The position numbers and the translations under genes were made by a program. The notes beneath the pieces are model-generated. The model made no database searches, was not told where the DNA came from, and saw only the letters and a list, made by a program, of their open reading frames with translations. From assembly GCA_019244185.1 (NCBI GenBank), contig JAFATB010000022.1:192001-256000 (forward strand): a DNA stretch of 64,000 bases, read 5' to 3'. Source of the DNA: Acidobacteriota bacterium (GTDB lineage Bacteria; Acidobacteriota; Thermoanaerobaculia; Gp7-AA8). Below are positions 30,571 through 40,900 of the stretch, in pieces; positions within the stretch are counted from its first letter, which is position 1, and every line of letters starts with the position of its first letter.

Positions 30571-30813
30571 ATGTCGCTTCCCCTCTTCTTCGCGCTCTAC
30601 TGCCTCGAGGCGGGGATGTTCTTCACCGCGCTGCCGTGGACGCGGCTCTGGACGCTCAACGCCGTCCTGCACCACAACGCGCTCATCGCGCTCTGGGCCG
30701 ACAATCCGTACGTCCGCGGCTTCGTCTCCGGACTGGGCGTGGTGCACGTGATGGTGGGCGTGCGGGAGTTGGTGCGCCTCAGCCGCGCGCGGCGGGGGAG
30801 CGGCGCGCGGTGA
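30571..30813 (+). CDS. Small membrane protein
   Basis: 80 aa, two hydrophobic segments, 'LPW..LW..N', 'VRGFVSGLG'; GTGA overlap with the next gene. Confidence 0.7.
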   Translation: MSLPLFFALYCLEAGMFFTALPWTRLWTLNAVLHHNALIALWADNPYVRGFVSGLGVVHVMVGVRELVRLSRARRGSGAR

Positions 30814-32189
30814 CGCGGCGCTCGCGCGTTGTCGTCCCGCTCCTCTTCGGCGCGGCGCTGTTCGCCGTCTACGCGTTCCTAGCGGCGAACGCGGCGCTCA
30901 TCGCGCGCGCGGGCTTCGATCCGGCGCGCGTGCGCAATGCGGCCAAGTTCATCGCCCTCGTCCCGATCATCTTCGCCGCGGTACGGCTGCTCGATCTGCT
31001 CGCCTTCGACGTCGTCGCGCCGCGCCGGCGGCAGGTGCACGCGCCGATGCTGCTGCGCGAGATCGTCTCCATCGCGCTCTACTTCGTCCTCTTCGGCTAC
31101 GCGCTCTCGGCCATCTTCGAATACCGCGTCACCGCGTTCCTCGCCACCGGCACCGTCGTCGCCGCGGTTCTCGGTCTCGCGCTGCAGGAAACGCTCGGCA
31201 ATCTCTTCGCCGGCATCGCGCTGCATCTCGAGGACAGCTTCACGATCGGCGACGTCGTGCGCACCGGCGACTACTTCGGCGTCGTCGAGGCGGTGCGCTG
31301 GCGCGGCACGCGGATCCGCACGTTCAACAACAACCTGGTCATCGTGCCGAACTCGATCCTCGCGCGCGAGCGGTTGGAAGTCTTTCCGCGCAACAACCTC
31401 AACGCGCGCGTGCTGCAGGTCGGCGTCGACTATCACGTCCCGCCGGAAGCGGTGATCCGCGTGCTCGCGCAGGCCGCGGCGAACGTCGACGGCGTGTCGG
31501 CGGAGCTGCCCGTCGTCGCGCGCGTGGGCGGCTTCGCGGAATCGTCGGTGACGTACGAGGTGAAGTACTACACGCACGACTTCTCGACGCGCGACCGCAT
31601 CGACGCGGAGATGCGCAAGGCCATCTGGTACGCGCTGCAGCGCAACCAGATGCCGATCAGCTTTCCGGTGCGCGCGATGCAGACGTACGAGCCGCCGCCG
31701 CCGCGCCACGTGCCGCAGCCGGACGAGATCGTGGACCGTTTGGCGAAGATCGACATTCTCTCGCCGCTGCCGCGCAAGGCGCAGCAGGCCATTGCCGCGG
31801 CGGCGCGCGTGCTCGTGTTCGCGCGCGGCGAGACCATCATCCGCGGCGGCGCCGCCGGCGACTCGATGTTCGTCGTGCATGAAGGCAGCGTCTCGGTGCG
31901 CGCCGGCGGCGAGGAAGTGGCCACGCTCGCGCCGGGCGACTTCTTCGGCGAGATGGCGCTGCTCACCGGCGAGTCGCGCACGGCGGACGTCGTGGCGCTC
32001 ACCGAAGTCGTGGCCGTCGAGATCGCGAAGCTCGCCCTGCAGCCGGTGCTGCAGGATCATCCCGAGCTCGCGCAGGCGATCTCCGAGGAAGTGACGGCGC
32101 GGCGCGGCGACCTCGACTCGCGGCGCAGCGAGGAGCCGGAGGCGCAGAGCAGCGTGCTGTCGCGCATCCGCGCGTACTTTGGACTCTGA
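30810..32189 (+). CDS. Mechanosensitive channel MscS with C-terminal cyclic-nucleotide-binding domain
   Basis: 'LGLALQETLGNLFAGI', 'IVPNS'; cNMP motif 'FFGEMALLTGESRTA'. Confidence 0.9.
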   Translation: MTRRSRVVVPLLFGAALFAVYAFLAANAALIARAGFDPARVRNAAKFIALVPIIFAAVRLLDLLAFDVVAPRRRQVHAPMLLREIVSIALYFVLFGYALSAIFEYRVTAFLATGTVVAAVLGLALQETLGNLFAGIALHLEDSFTIGDVVRTGDYFGVVEAVRWRGTRIRTFNNNLVIVPNSILARERLEVFPRNNLNARVLQVGVDYHVPPEAVIRVLAQAAANVDGVSAELPVVARVGGFAESSVTYEVKYYTHDFSTRDRIDAEMRKAIWYALQRNQMPISFPVRAMQTYEPPPPRHVPQPDEIVDRLAKIDILSPLPRKAQQAIAAAARVLVFARGETIIRGGAAGDSMFVVHEGSVSVRAGGEEVATLAPGDFFGEMALLTGESRTADVVALTEVVAVEIAKLALQPVLQDHPELAQAISEEVTARRGDLDSRRSEEPEAQSSVLSRIRAYFGL

Positions 32190-32192
32190 CGC

Positions 32193-33557
32193 ATGAAACG
32201 CATGCTCATCGTCGAGGACAAGGAATCGCTCGCGCACATGCTGCGCGAGGCGGTGGAGGCGGACGGCTTCGAAGCCGACGTCGCGCCGAACGGCTCGCAG
32301 GCGCAATCGTGGCTCGCGGAAGGACGCCGCTACGTGGCTGTGCTGACGGATCTGCGGCTGCCCGGCGCCGACGGCATCGCCGTGCTGCGCCAGGCGAAGG
32401 AAAGCGACCCGGAGCTGCCGGTGATCGTGATGACCGCGTACGGCACGATCGAGAACGCGGTCGAGGCGATGAAGCTCGGCGCGTACGACTTCATCCAGAA
32501 GCCGATCGACGTCGATCATCTCTCGCTGCTCCTGCGCCGCTGCCGCGAGCATCGCGAGCTGCGCTTCGAAAATCTTTTGCTGAAAGACGAGTTCCAGAAG
32601 CGCTACGGACTGCCCGCGATCGTCGGCGACTCGCGTCCGATCGTCGAGGTGTCGCACGCCATCCAGCGCGTCGCACCGACCGATTCCACCGTGCTCCTGC
32701 AAGGCGAGTCGGGCACGGGCAAGGAGCTCTTCGCGCGCGCGATTCACCAGCTCTCGCCGCGCCGCGACCGCCCGTTCGTCGCCATCAACTGCGCGGCCAT
32801 TCCTGACACGCTCATCGAGAACGAGCTGTTCGGCCACGAGAAGGGCGCGTTCACCGGCGCGACCGCGCGACAGCTCGGCAAGTTCGAGCTCGCCGACAGC
32901 GGAACGATCTTTCTCGACGAGATCGGCGAGCTGGGATTCGGCGTGCAGTCGAAGATCCTGCGCGTGCTGCAGGAGCGCCGCTTCGAGCGCATCGGCGGCA
33001 CCGCTCCCATCGACGTCGACCTCCGCGTGATCTGCGCCACGAACCGCGACCTCGGCGAGGCCGTTCGCCGCAACACGTTCCGCGACGATCTCTACTTTCG
33101 CATCCACGTTTTTCCCGTGACCATCCCGCCGCTGCGCGCGCGCCGCGAGGACATCGACGCGCTGGTCGACTTCTTCCTGCAGCGCTTCGCGCGCGAGCTC
33201 GCGCGGCCCGGCCTGAAGATGACGGACGAGGCGCGCGCGCTGCTCCGCGCCTACGACTGGCCGGGCAACATCCGTGAGCTGCAGAACTGCATCGAGCGCG
33301 CGGCGATCCTCTGCGACCGCAACACGATCGAGCCGCGCGACATCAGCGTCTCCGCCGCGACGGGCGATCGCCTCCGCGACGCGCTCGATCTCTCCGGTAC
33401 GTTGTCCGACGCGGCCGAACGCGCGCTGCGTGCGGTGGAGCGCGTGAAGATCGCCGAGACGCTGGAACGCAGCGCGTCGCGCAACGAGGCGGCGGAGGCG
33501 CTTGGCATCAGCGCGCGACAGCTGGCGGCGAAACTCAAAGAGCTGGGCTTGGAATGA
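32193..33557 (+). CDS. NtrC-family sigma54-dependent response regulator
   Basis: Receiver domain (LTDLRLP), GESGTGKE, GAFTGA, FLDEIGE, WPGNIREL, C-terminal HTH. Confidence 0.94.
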   Translation: MKRMLIVEDKESLAHMLREAVEADGFEADVAPNGSQAQSWLAEGRRYVAVLTDLRLPGADGIAVLRQAKESDPELPVIVMTAYGTIENAVEAMKLGAYDFIQKPIDVDHLSLLLRRCREHRELRFENLLLKDEFQKRYGLPAIVGDSRPIVEVSHAIQRVAPTDSTVLLQGESGTGKELFARAIHQLSPRRDRPFVAINCAAIPDTLIENELFGHEKGAFTGATARQLGKFELADSGTIFLDEIGELGFGVQSKILRVLQERRFERIGGTAPIDVDLRVICATNRDLGEAVRRNTFRDDLYFRIHVFPVTIPPLRARREDIDALVDFFLQRFARELARPGLKMTDEARALLRAYDWPGNIRELQNCIERAAILCDRNTIEPRDISVSAATGDRLRDALDLSGTLSDAAERALRAVERVKIAETLERSASRNEAAEALGISARQLAAKLKELGLE

Positions 33558-33778
33558 TCCCGACGTCGAAGGATGTGATCGCGTTTCTCAACGCGCGTCT
33601 CGCCGCGCGCGGGCTGCCGCATCGCGTCGACCAGATCGTCGTGCTGCCGTACGTGAATCCGATGTGGCTCGCGAACTGGGACGCGCCGCAACTGCACGAC
33701 GCGCCCGAGCGCGAGATCATCGAGGAAGAGCTGCGCGAGGCGCGCTGGCAGTATCCGCAGATCCTCGAGGAGTTCTGA
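33554..33778 (+). CDS. Hypothetical 74-aa protein
   Basis: ATGA overlap with the regulator stop; typical codon bias. Confidence 0.6.
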   Translation: MIPTSKDVIAFLNARLAARGLPHRVDQIVVLPYVNPMWLANWDAPQLHDAPEREIIEEELREARWQYPQILEEF

Positions 33779-35552
33779 ACGCGTAGACGGCGTCGCTGCC
33801 GAAGCGGCGCTCGAACGCAAGCCGCTGTACGAATGCGGCGACGGCGCCGCGCTCCTCCGGCGCGAGCTCGGCCTCGTGCACGATGACGGTGGTGCAGCCG
33901 TCGTTTGCGAGCGCGCGCGAGAACTCGTCGTCGAATGCGAGCGCGTCCTCCTTCTTCCGCAGAAACTCGTGCAGCGGCGACTCCCAGCCCGACGTGCCGT
34001 TGATGATCGGCACGCGGTGCAGCGTCGAGGCGAGCACGTAGCGGAAGGCCGCGCCGTTGCGCGTCATCGGCAGTTCGAGCACGACGCCCGGACGCGCGTC
34101 CGCGAGCCAGTGATAGACCGGCGGGAACTCGCGCGGCACGTGCTGCCAGCGGATGTGCGGGACGACTTCGACGAGCGCGACGAGGATCAGCGGGATGGCC
34201 AGACGTCGTCGTCGTTGCAGGAGTCGCGTCGCGCCGATCGCTGCCCAGACGGCGAGACCGACGTACGCGACGGCGGCCCAGCGCGCGGGCGTGCGCGTGG
34301 CGCGAAACGGCGGCAGTACGCGAAACAGAAACGGATGCAGAAACGCGTTCCAGCCGAGGGACGCGATGACGCCGATGGCGAGCCAGAGCGCGGCCGCGCG
34401 TTCTTCGACGCGGAAGCGCGAGACGCGCAACGCATCGCGTTGTCGATAGATCAGGAGCGCAACAGTGATCGTCGCTGGAACGTCCGAGCCGGTGAACGTG
34501 AGGTGGCCGAGGGTGATGCGGTCTTCGACGAGCGTGAGATACGTGGCGATCGCGAAGACGCCGATGGCGACGTCGAGTGCGAGCGGCGTGCGGCGTCGCG
34601 TCATGCGCGGCTGCGCGTCGCGTTCGCGCGAGACGAATGCATACGCTGCGAGAACGATCGCGAGCAGGCCGGGGAACAGCTCGCGTTCGTCGCGCTGCAA
34701 CTTCGGATCGACGATCTGTCCGTACGTCGCGTTGCGCGAGGAGGCGACCAGCCAGTCGGTCCAGGTCGCGGCGCCGAGGCGTGACTCGAAGGTCGTGCGG
34801 CGCTCGCCGTACGTGCTTGCCACGATTTGATACGGCACGAGGAACGGCAGCAGCACGAGACCGGCAATCGCGAGCGCGCCGAAAAGCCGCAGCCAGAACG
34901 CGCGGTCGCGGCGCGGCTCGAGCCACGCGAGATACGCGATCGTGGCCGCGAGCGCGAAGCCGCCGAAGAGCAGCCAGTAGATGTTGGTGAGGCCGTTCAT
35001 CGCGAACGCGGCGGCGAGCCACGCCGCGTGCTTCGTCGCGCGCGTGCGCCAGTAGACGAGCAGCGCCGCGAGCATCAGCGGCAGCCAGCCGCTCCAGACG
35101 ATCTGCACGTGCTGGATGTGCGAGATCGGGAAGGACGCAAACGCGAAGACGATCCCGGCAAGAAACGCCGCGGCGTCGTTGCCGGTGACGACGCGCGCGA
35201 GGACGTTCGCGGCGTAGCCGGAGAACGCGAAGCCGAGGAGCAGCGCGATGCCGTAGAGCGCGATCGCGTTCGCGCCGGCGAGATGAAACGGCAGCACGAA
35301 GAGCGCGATGCCGGTCATGTGCTCGCTGTACGCGAGCGGATAGATGCCGCCGTGGAAGATCGGCGCGTTGAACAGATGCAGCGGCTCGTGTGTGAGCGCG
35401 TGACAAACCCAGTCGAGCACCCACGCGATGAACAGCGGATCGCCGGGATCAGCGACGGTCGTCGACAGCTCGCGCACGAGCGGCCACGTCACCGCCACCG
35501 CGAGCGCGAGATAGCAGGCGAACAGCGCGAGCTCGCGCGCGAGTCGTTTCAT
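33717..35552 (-). CDS. Polytopic membrane protein, GT-C/YfhO-like glycosyltransferase
   Basis: Many TM helices; 'DPGDP..W..DW', 'PIF..LAYSE', 'ELFPG', 'VLELP', 'INGTSG'. Confidence 0.7.
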   Translation of the reverse strand: MKRLARELALFACYLALAVAVTWPLVRELSTTVADPGDPLFIAWVLDWVCHALTHEPLHLFNAPIFHGGIYPLAYSEHMTGIALFVLPFHLAGANAIALYGIALLLGFAFSGYAANVLARVVTGNDAAAFLAGIVFAFASFPISHIQHVQIVWSGWLPLMLAALLVYWRTRATKHAAWLAAAFAMNGLTNIYWLLFGGFALAATIAYLAWLEPRRDRAFWLRLFGALAIAGLVLLPFLVPYQIVASTYGERRTTFESRLGAATWTDWLVASSRNATYGQIVDPKLQRDERELFPGLLAIVLAAYAFVSRERDAQPRMTRRRTPLALDVAIGVFAIATYLTLVEDRITLGHLTFTGSDVPATITVALLIYRQRDALRVSRFRVEERAAALWLAIGVIASLGWNAFLHPFLFRVLPPFRATRTPARWAAVAYVGLAVWAAIGATRLLQRRRRLAIPLILVALVEVVPHIRWQHVPREFPPVYHWLADARPGVVLELPMTRNGAAFRYVLASTLHRVPIINGTSGWESPLHEFLRKKEDALAFDDEFSRALANDGCTTVIVHEAELAPEERGAVAAFVQRLAFERRFGSDAVYAFRTPRGSADTASAPRAALPR

Positions 35553-37855
35553 TCGAGATCCCAGTCGATCGGTACGTCTCTCGTGCGCATCACGCGATGC
35601 GCGGCGTCTTCGATCTCGACTTGAAACTGCGTCTGCCGCGGCACGTTGTCCGGCCGTCGCGGCAAGTCGACGACGAAGCCGGGTTTCGGCACGAAGTAGT
35701 ACCAGGTGTAAATCGCGCGCAGATCGGGACGTTCGACGAGCGTGGCGTCGACGCGCACTCGCGCGTTGTCGAGCAGCACGGTGACGCGGCGGAGGCCGTG
35801 CGGCGACAGCGCCCATCCGCGAATGTGCAGCGCCCCTCGGATGCCCTCATACGGTTGCGGCGTGTCGATGAAGGCCATGATCGCGTCGCTGTGCGTCGTC
35901 TCGCCGGCGAGCATGCGCGCGAGCCGCTCGTCGGGCATGTGCCCCGCGCCGTCGGGCACGCGCGGCTCGCGCAGCGGCGCGAAGTCGCGGAAGTTGCGCG
36001 TGACGGCGAAGACGTAGTCGCCGCCGATCTCGTGGTCGAAGCTGCGCAGGAAGGCGAGACGTCCGCTCGCGAGATTGCGCGCGAGCCACGCGCGCGGCGC
36101 GCCCTTCGGAAAGAGATGCGCGTGCACGACGATCAGGCGGCAGCCGTACGTCTCGAGCGTGCGCAGAAAGTCGTCGTCGTAGACGCCGGCGTCCGCTTTC
36201 GTGCGCAGCCGCGCGTGCACGGGATCGGAGAACGTCGAGATGCCGTTGAACTGCCGCAGATGGTGCGCGGTCGATCCGAGGAGGTAGCTGAACTCCGCGC
36301 CGTTGCCGCTCATCGGCAGCTCGATCAGCGGCGCGACCCGCGGTTGCGTGGCGAGCCAGCGGTAGACGGGCGCGATCGTTGGCACCGCGTGTTCCCATCG
36401 AATGACCGGCCAGAGATCGGCGACGCAGAGCGCGACGAGCAGCGCCGCCATGACACGGCGGCGCGCGCGACAGCGTTCGAGGATCGCGGCGGCGCCGATC
36501 GCCGACCAGACCGCGAGTCCCATGTACGCGACGATGGCCCAGCGCACGGACGCGCGCGTGGCGTGGAAGAGCGCGATGCGGCGGTAGAGAAACGCGTGAA
36601 AGAACGCGTTCATCCCGAGCGAGCCGAGGTAGCCGATCGCGATCCAGAGCGCCGCGGCCCACGCGTCAGCGGAGAAGCGCGAGCGTTGCGCCGCGGCGTG
36701 CAGCGCGGGCGCGAAGCGGAGCGCGAGCAACACGATGAGGATCACTGCGAACGATTCGGCGGTGTTGAACGAGAGAAGGCGGAACGAACCGATCGCCCAT
36801 TCGATGCGGTCGGTCACGATGCCGAGATAGGTGAGCGTCGCGAAGAGGAGGATCAGCGCGTCGAGCACGAACGTGCGGCGCGGTGCGCGCGGTGTCTGGT
36901 CCGGTTCGCGCGTGCGGCGCATTCCGGCGAACGCGCCGATGACGGCGAGCATGAGCGCGGCGAGTCCCGGGAAGAGCTGCTTTTCGTGCTGGTGCATCTC
37001 GGCGGCGCCGAGGTCGCCGTAGACGGCGCTGCGCGGGGTTGCGTAGAGCCAGTTCGACGGGATGCCGGAGCCGCCGATCGCTTCGCCTTCGCCGCGCGTC
37101 ATGTGGTACGCCTTCGACACGATGCGATACGGCAGCAGGAACGGAATCGTCGCGACGCAGCCGAGCGCGAGCGACAGGACGAGTCCGAGCCAGAAGCGAC
37201 GCTCGCGGCGCGGATCGGCGATCTGCAGCGCGGCGACCGTCAGCGCGAGCGTCACCAGCGCGAAGAGGAAGTAGTAGACGTTCGTGATCGCGGCGAGCAG
37301 CAGCGACGCGGCGATGCCGGCACCGTACGCGCGCGCGGGCTTGCGCCAGTACGCGAGCAGCGCCGCGAAGAGAAACGGCAGCGCCGCGCTCCAGACGATC
37401 TGCACGTGCGAGAGGTGATCGAACTTGTGCGGCACGAACGCGTAGATGACGCCGGCGATGAGCGCGGCGGGGGCGGAACGGGTGACGAGGCGCGCGAGGA
37501 CGAACGCGGCGTAGCCGGAGAGCGCGAAGCCGAGCAGCAGCGCGAGGTTGTAGACGGCGATCGGCGGCACGCCGGCGAGATGGAACGGCAGGACGGCGAT
37601 GGCCACGCCGATGAGGTTCTCGCTGAAGGCCAGCGTGAGGTGCGCGGGGTAGTAGATCGGCGACTCGTATAGATGCAGCGGCGCGTGCGTCAGCGCGTGG
37701 CAGACCCAGTCGATGGTCCACATGTTGATCATCGGGTCGCCGAGGTCGGGGAGGGCGGTGTTGAGTTGCCGGCCGAGCGGCCAGGTCATCCAGAGCGCGA
37801 CCGCGAGATAGAAGGCGAAGACGGCGAGCTCGCGCGGGACGCGCTTCGCCGTCAC
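35549..37855 (-). CDS. Paralogous GT-C/YfhO-like membrane protein with extra C-terminal Ig-like domain
   Basis: Same motifs as its neighbour ('DLGDP..WTIDW', 'LAFSE', 'LFPG', 'IELP', 'FNGIS'); C-terminal 'IDTP..IRGWA..RPDL'. Confidence 0.7.
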   Translation of the reverse strand: MTAKRVPRELAVFAFYLAVALWMTWPLGRQLNTALPDLGDPMINMWTIDWVCHALTHAPLHLYESPIYYPAHLTLAFSENLIGVAIAVLPFHLAGVPPIAVYNLALLLGFALSGYAAFVLARLVTRSAPAALIAGVIYAFVPHKFDHLSHVQIVWSAALPFLFAALLAYWRKPARAYGAGIAASLLLAAITNVYYFLFALVTLALTVAALQIADPRRERRFWLGLVLSLALGCVATIPFLLPYRIVSKAYHMTRGEGEAIGGSGIPSNWLYATPRSAVYGDLGAAEMHQHEKQLFPGLAALMLAVIGAFAGMRRTREPDQTPRAPRRTFVLDALILLFATLTYLGIVTDRIEWAIGSFRLLSFNTAESFAVILIVLLALRFAPALHAAAQRSRFSADAWAAALWIAIGYLGSLGMNAFFHAFLYRRIALFHATRASVRWAIVAYMGLAVWSAIGAAAILERCRARRRVMAALLVALCVADLWPVIRWEHAVPTIAPVYRWLATQPRVAPLIELPMSGNGAEFSYLLGSTAHHLRQFNGISTFSDPVHARLRTKADAGVYDDDFLRTLETYGCRLIVVHAHLFPKGAPRAWLARNLASGRLAFLRSFDHEIGGDYVFAVTRNFRDFAPLREPRVPDGAGHMPDERLARMLAGETTHSDAIMAFIDTPQPYEGIRGALHIRGWALSPHGLRRVTVLLDNARVRVDATLVERPDLRAIYTWYYFVPKPGFVVDLPRRPDNVPRQTQFQVEIEDAAHRVMRTRDVPIDWDLE

Positions 37856-37859
37856 GAGG

Positions 37860-39521
37860 TCACTCCGCCGCCGCGGGCGGCTGGATGCCGAGCAGCGACG
37901 TCACGAAGCGCGCGATCTTCGTCTGCGCGATCGTGCCGAAGCTGCCGTGCGGCACGCCTGCCCCTGCGGCGAGGAGCACGGTGTGCAGTTCGGGATGCGT
38001 GTTGAGCGCGCCGTGGTTGCCGTTGCCGGGCGGCTTGCCGGTCGACGGCGCGTCGCGTCCCTCGTCGACGGCGACGTTCGGCTTGGCGATGGCGACGACG
38101 TCGCCGCTGTTGCGGTGCGACGACGCGTCTTTGACCGTCACCTGCTCGAAGAAGCCGCTGTCGGTCAACGTCTTGACCAGTTCGTCGCGGCGGTCCTCGC
38201 CGTAGAGCTCGGCGACATGTCCCGTCGCGAATGCGCGCCACGCGTCGAAGCCGTGCTCGGGAAGCCACGCGTTCATGTGCACGAGCGTGTCGAGATGCAT
38301 CAGGCCGTGATCGCCGACGACGACGAGCGCGTCGCGCGCGGGATCGAGTCGCGCGCGGATCGCGGCGAGCGCGTCGTCGGACAGATGAAACGCGAGGCCG
38401 ATGGCGCGGTCGCCGTCGGGCGTACCGAGGAACTGATGCGAGGCGGAGTCGATCTGCGGCTGATAGGCGAGGAGGAGATCGAACGGCATCCGCTCAATGG
38501 CGAGCGTCTGCACGCGCGTGAGGAAGGCGCTGAGGCGTTCCATCTGCTCGGCGATCGTCGTGACGTCGAGGCCCGCGTGCTCGTCGGGCGAGCCGGGCCA
38601 GAAGCCGATCTCGTCATCGAGCATCGTGCGGAACGATTCCGGATACGCGTCCGTGCGGCCGATCGCGCCCCAGTAGATCGTGACGTCGTGCAGCGCGGGA
38701 TCGGGGGCGAGGAGCTTCGACCACGAGCCGTACGTGCCGTCGGCGGTGCGTTGCGCGATCGCGAACCAGCCGCGCGCGTCGGGAGCCTGTTCGTGCTCGC
38801 CGCTCTCGATGAAGAACGTGTCGTAGTTCTCTGTGCGGTCGTCCGTCGAGTCGTACGCGACGAGGTCGACGTCCGCGCGCGCGTGCTGCGGCGCATTCCA
38901 GTCGAGGCGCGCGCGCAGTACGGGACTGAACGACGGATGGCGCGACGCGGTCGCGGTCCACGTGGGCGGCACCCACTCGCGATGAAAGTCGTCGCGCGTG
39001 AGATGCACGACTTGGCCTTTGGTCAAAGGCCGCGGCCACGCGACGCCAAAGTCTGCGGCGCGTCGCGGCGTACGCGCATCGACGGTCGGGAAGACCACCG
39101 CGCCGACGCGCTTGCCCTGACGCCGCGCTGCCTCGACGAGCGTCTCGACGTCGATGTCCGTCATCATCCCTTCGGCGACGGCGTCCGGCGGCGTGCCGGG
39201 AACGTGAAAGCGATTCGCGACGATGCCGTTTACCTGCGGCGATGCGCCGGTGAGGATCGCGACGTGCGCGCTCGACGTCTGCGTCGGATTGACTGGCACG
39301 ACGCGCGCGACCGCGCCGTCGCTCGCGAGCTGCGCGAACGCGGGAAGATCGGTGTGCGATGCGAGCGCGTCGGCGCCCATCCCGTCGAAGGAGACGAGCA
39401 CGACGCGTTGCGCGGTGGCGGTTGCCGTGAGCCGCGGTGTCTGCGGCGGCGCGGGTGCGACCTGTGGACGCGGCGCGCACGCAGCGAGCGCGACGACGAG
39501 AAGGAGCGTGCGGCGGTTCAC
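37860..39521 (-). CDS. Alkaline phosphatase superfamily (nucleotide pyrophosphatase/phosphodiesterase) lipoprotein
   Basis: LAAC lipobox; SFDG, PTQT, DSASH, GDHG, NHG motifs; GTG 39521 overlaps the upstream stop. Confidence 0.85.
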   Translation of the reverse strand: MNRRTLLLVVALAACAPRPQVAPAPPQTPRLTATATAQRVVLVSFDGMGADALASHTDLPAFAQLASDGAVARVVPVNPTQTSSAHVAILTGASPQVNGIVANRFHVPGTPPDAVAEGMMTDIDVETLVEAARRQGKRVGAVVFPTVDARTPRRAADFGVAWPRPLTKGQVVHLTRDDFHREWVPPTWTATASRHPSFSPVLRARLDWNAPQHARADVDLVAYDSTDDRTENYDTFFIESGEHEQAPDARGWFAIAQRTADGTYGSWSKLLAPDPALHDVTIYWGAIGRTDAYPESFRTMLDDEIGFWPGSPDEHAGLDVTTIAEQMERLSAFLTRVQTLAIERMPFDLLLAYQPQIDSASHQFLGTPDGDRAIGLAFHLSDDALAAIRARLDPARDALVVVGDHGLMHLDTLVHMNAWLPEHGFDAWRAFATGHVAELYGEDRRDELVKTLTDSGFFEQVTVKDASSHRNSGDVVAIAKPNVAVDEGRDAPSTGKPPGNGNHGALNTHPELHTVLLAAGAGVPHGSFGTIAQTKIARFVTSLLGIQPPAAAE

Positions 39522-40900
39522 TTTTTCAGGCTCGCGAGCACTTTGTCGCGGTACTCCTTCGCCTTCGCGATGGCTTGTTTCTCGTCGACGGTCAGCACCG
39601 TGCCGTGGCGATAGAGGATGCGGCCGTCGACGATGGTCGTGACGACCGCGCTGCCGGAAGCCGCGTAGACAATCGCGGATTCGACGGAGTAGACGGGCTG
39701 CGTTTTCGCCTGCTGCAGATCGATGAGCACGACGTCGGCGCGCTTGCCCGGCTCGAGCGTGCCGATCTTGTCGGCGAGGCCGAGGACTTGCGCGCCGCCG
39801 ATGGTGGCGAGGCGCAGCACCTCGCGCGCGCTGATCGCTTTCGGATCGAGCTTCGACACTTTCTGCAGGCGCGCGGCGCTGGCCATCTCCTCGACCATGT
39901 CGAGGTTGTTGTTGGAGCCGGCGGGGCCGTCGGTGCCGAGGCCGACTTCCATGCCGGCGTGGATCATGTCGACGACCGGCGCGGCGCCGGAGGCGAGCAT
40001 CTCGTTCGACTCGGGGCAATGCGCGACGCCGGTCTTGCGCGACGCGAAGAGTTTCAGCTCGTCGGGCGTGAGCCAGACGCCGTGCGCGGCGATGACGTCG
40101 TCGCCGAGAAAGCCGAGCGAGTCGAGGTAGTTGCCGGGCGTCATGCCGTTGTGCGCGGCGGCGACCTGCTGCAGTTCGTTCTTCGTCTCGCTGACGTGGA
40201 TGAGGATCGGCACGCCGAGCTCGGTGGCGAGCGCGCGGACCTGTTTCAAGTGATCCGCGGAGACGGTGAACGGCGCGTGCGGCGCGAGCGCGGGCGTGAT
40301 CAGCGCATCGCCCTTCCACGTCTTCACGTACTGGCGGATGTAGGCGACGGCGGCGTCCCAGGTCTTGTTGTCGGGCGCGGGGAAGTCGATGAGCGTTTCG
40401 CCGAGGACGCCGCGGAGGCCGGCCGCTTTCGCCTCGCGCGCGATGTCGGACTCGTAGTAGTACATGTCGGCGAATGTCGTGGTGCCGGAGCGGATCATCT
40501 CCGCCGCGGCGAGGCGCGTGCCCCACTTCACAAAGTCGCGATCGACATTCTTCGCTTCTGCCGGAAAGATGAAGTTCTGCAGCCAGTCCATCAAATCGCG
40601 GTCGTCGGCGATGCCGCGGAAGAGCGTCATCGGCACGTGCGTGTGCGCGTTGACGAAGCCGGGCACGACGGCGTGGCCGCCGGCGCGGATGACGGTCTTC
40701 GCGGTGAACTGACGGTCGATTTCGGACGACGGTCCGACGGCGACGATGGCGCCGTTGGCGATGGCCACCGAGCCGTTCTCGATGTTCGGCCCGGCCATCG
40801 TCACGACGGTGCCGCCCGTGATGAGGATGTCGGCGTTGCGGGCGAGGAGCGGCAGCGCGAGGACGAGCGAAGCGAGGAGGAGCAGCAGGCGTCGCAGCAT
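39518..40900 (-). CDS. Amidohydrolase (MTA/SAH deaminase-like) with N-terminal signal peptide
   Basis: NAHTH, HVSE, HCPESN, GTDG, GKRADV. Confidence 0.88.
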   Translation of the reverse strand: MLRRLLLLLASLVLALPLLARNADILITGGTVVTMAGPNIENGSVAIANGAIVAVGPSSEIDRQFTAKTVIRAGGHAVVPGFVNAHTHVPMTLFRGIADDRDLMDWLQNFIFPAEAKNVDRDFVKWGTRLAAAEMIRSGTTTFADMYYYESDIAREAKAAGLRGVLGETLIDFPAPDNKTWDAAVAYIRQYVKTWKGDALITPALAPHAPFTVSADHLKQVRALATELGVPILIHVSETKNELQQVAAAHNGMTPGNYLDSLGFLGDDVIAAHGVWLTPDELKLFASRKTGVAHCPESNEMLASGAAPVVDMIHAGMEVGLGTDGPAGSNNNLDMVEEMASAARLQKVSKLDPKAISAREVLRLATIGGAQVLGLADKIGTLEPGKRADVVLIDLQQAKTQPVYSVESAIVYAASGSAVVTTIVDGRILYRHGTVLTVDEKQAIAKAKEYRDKVLASLKK

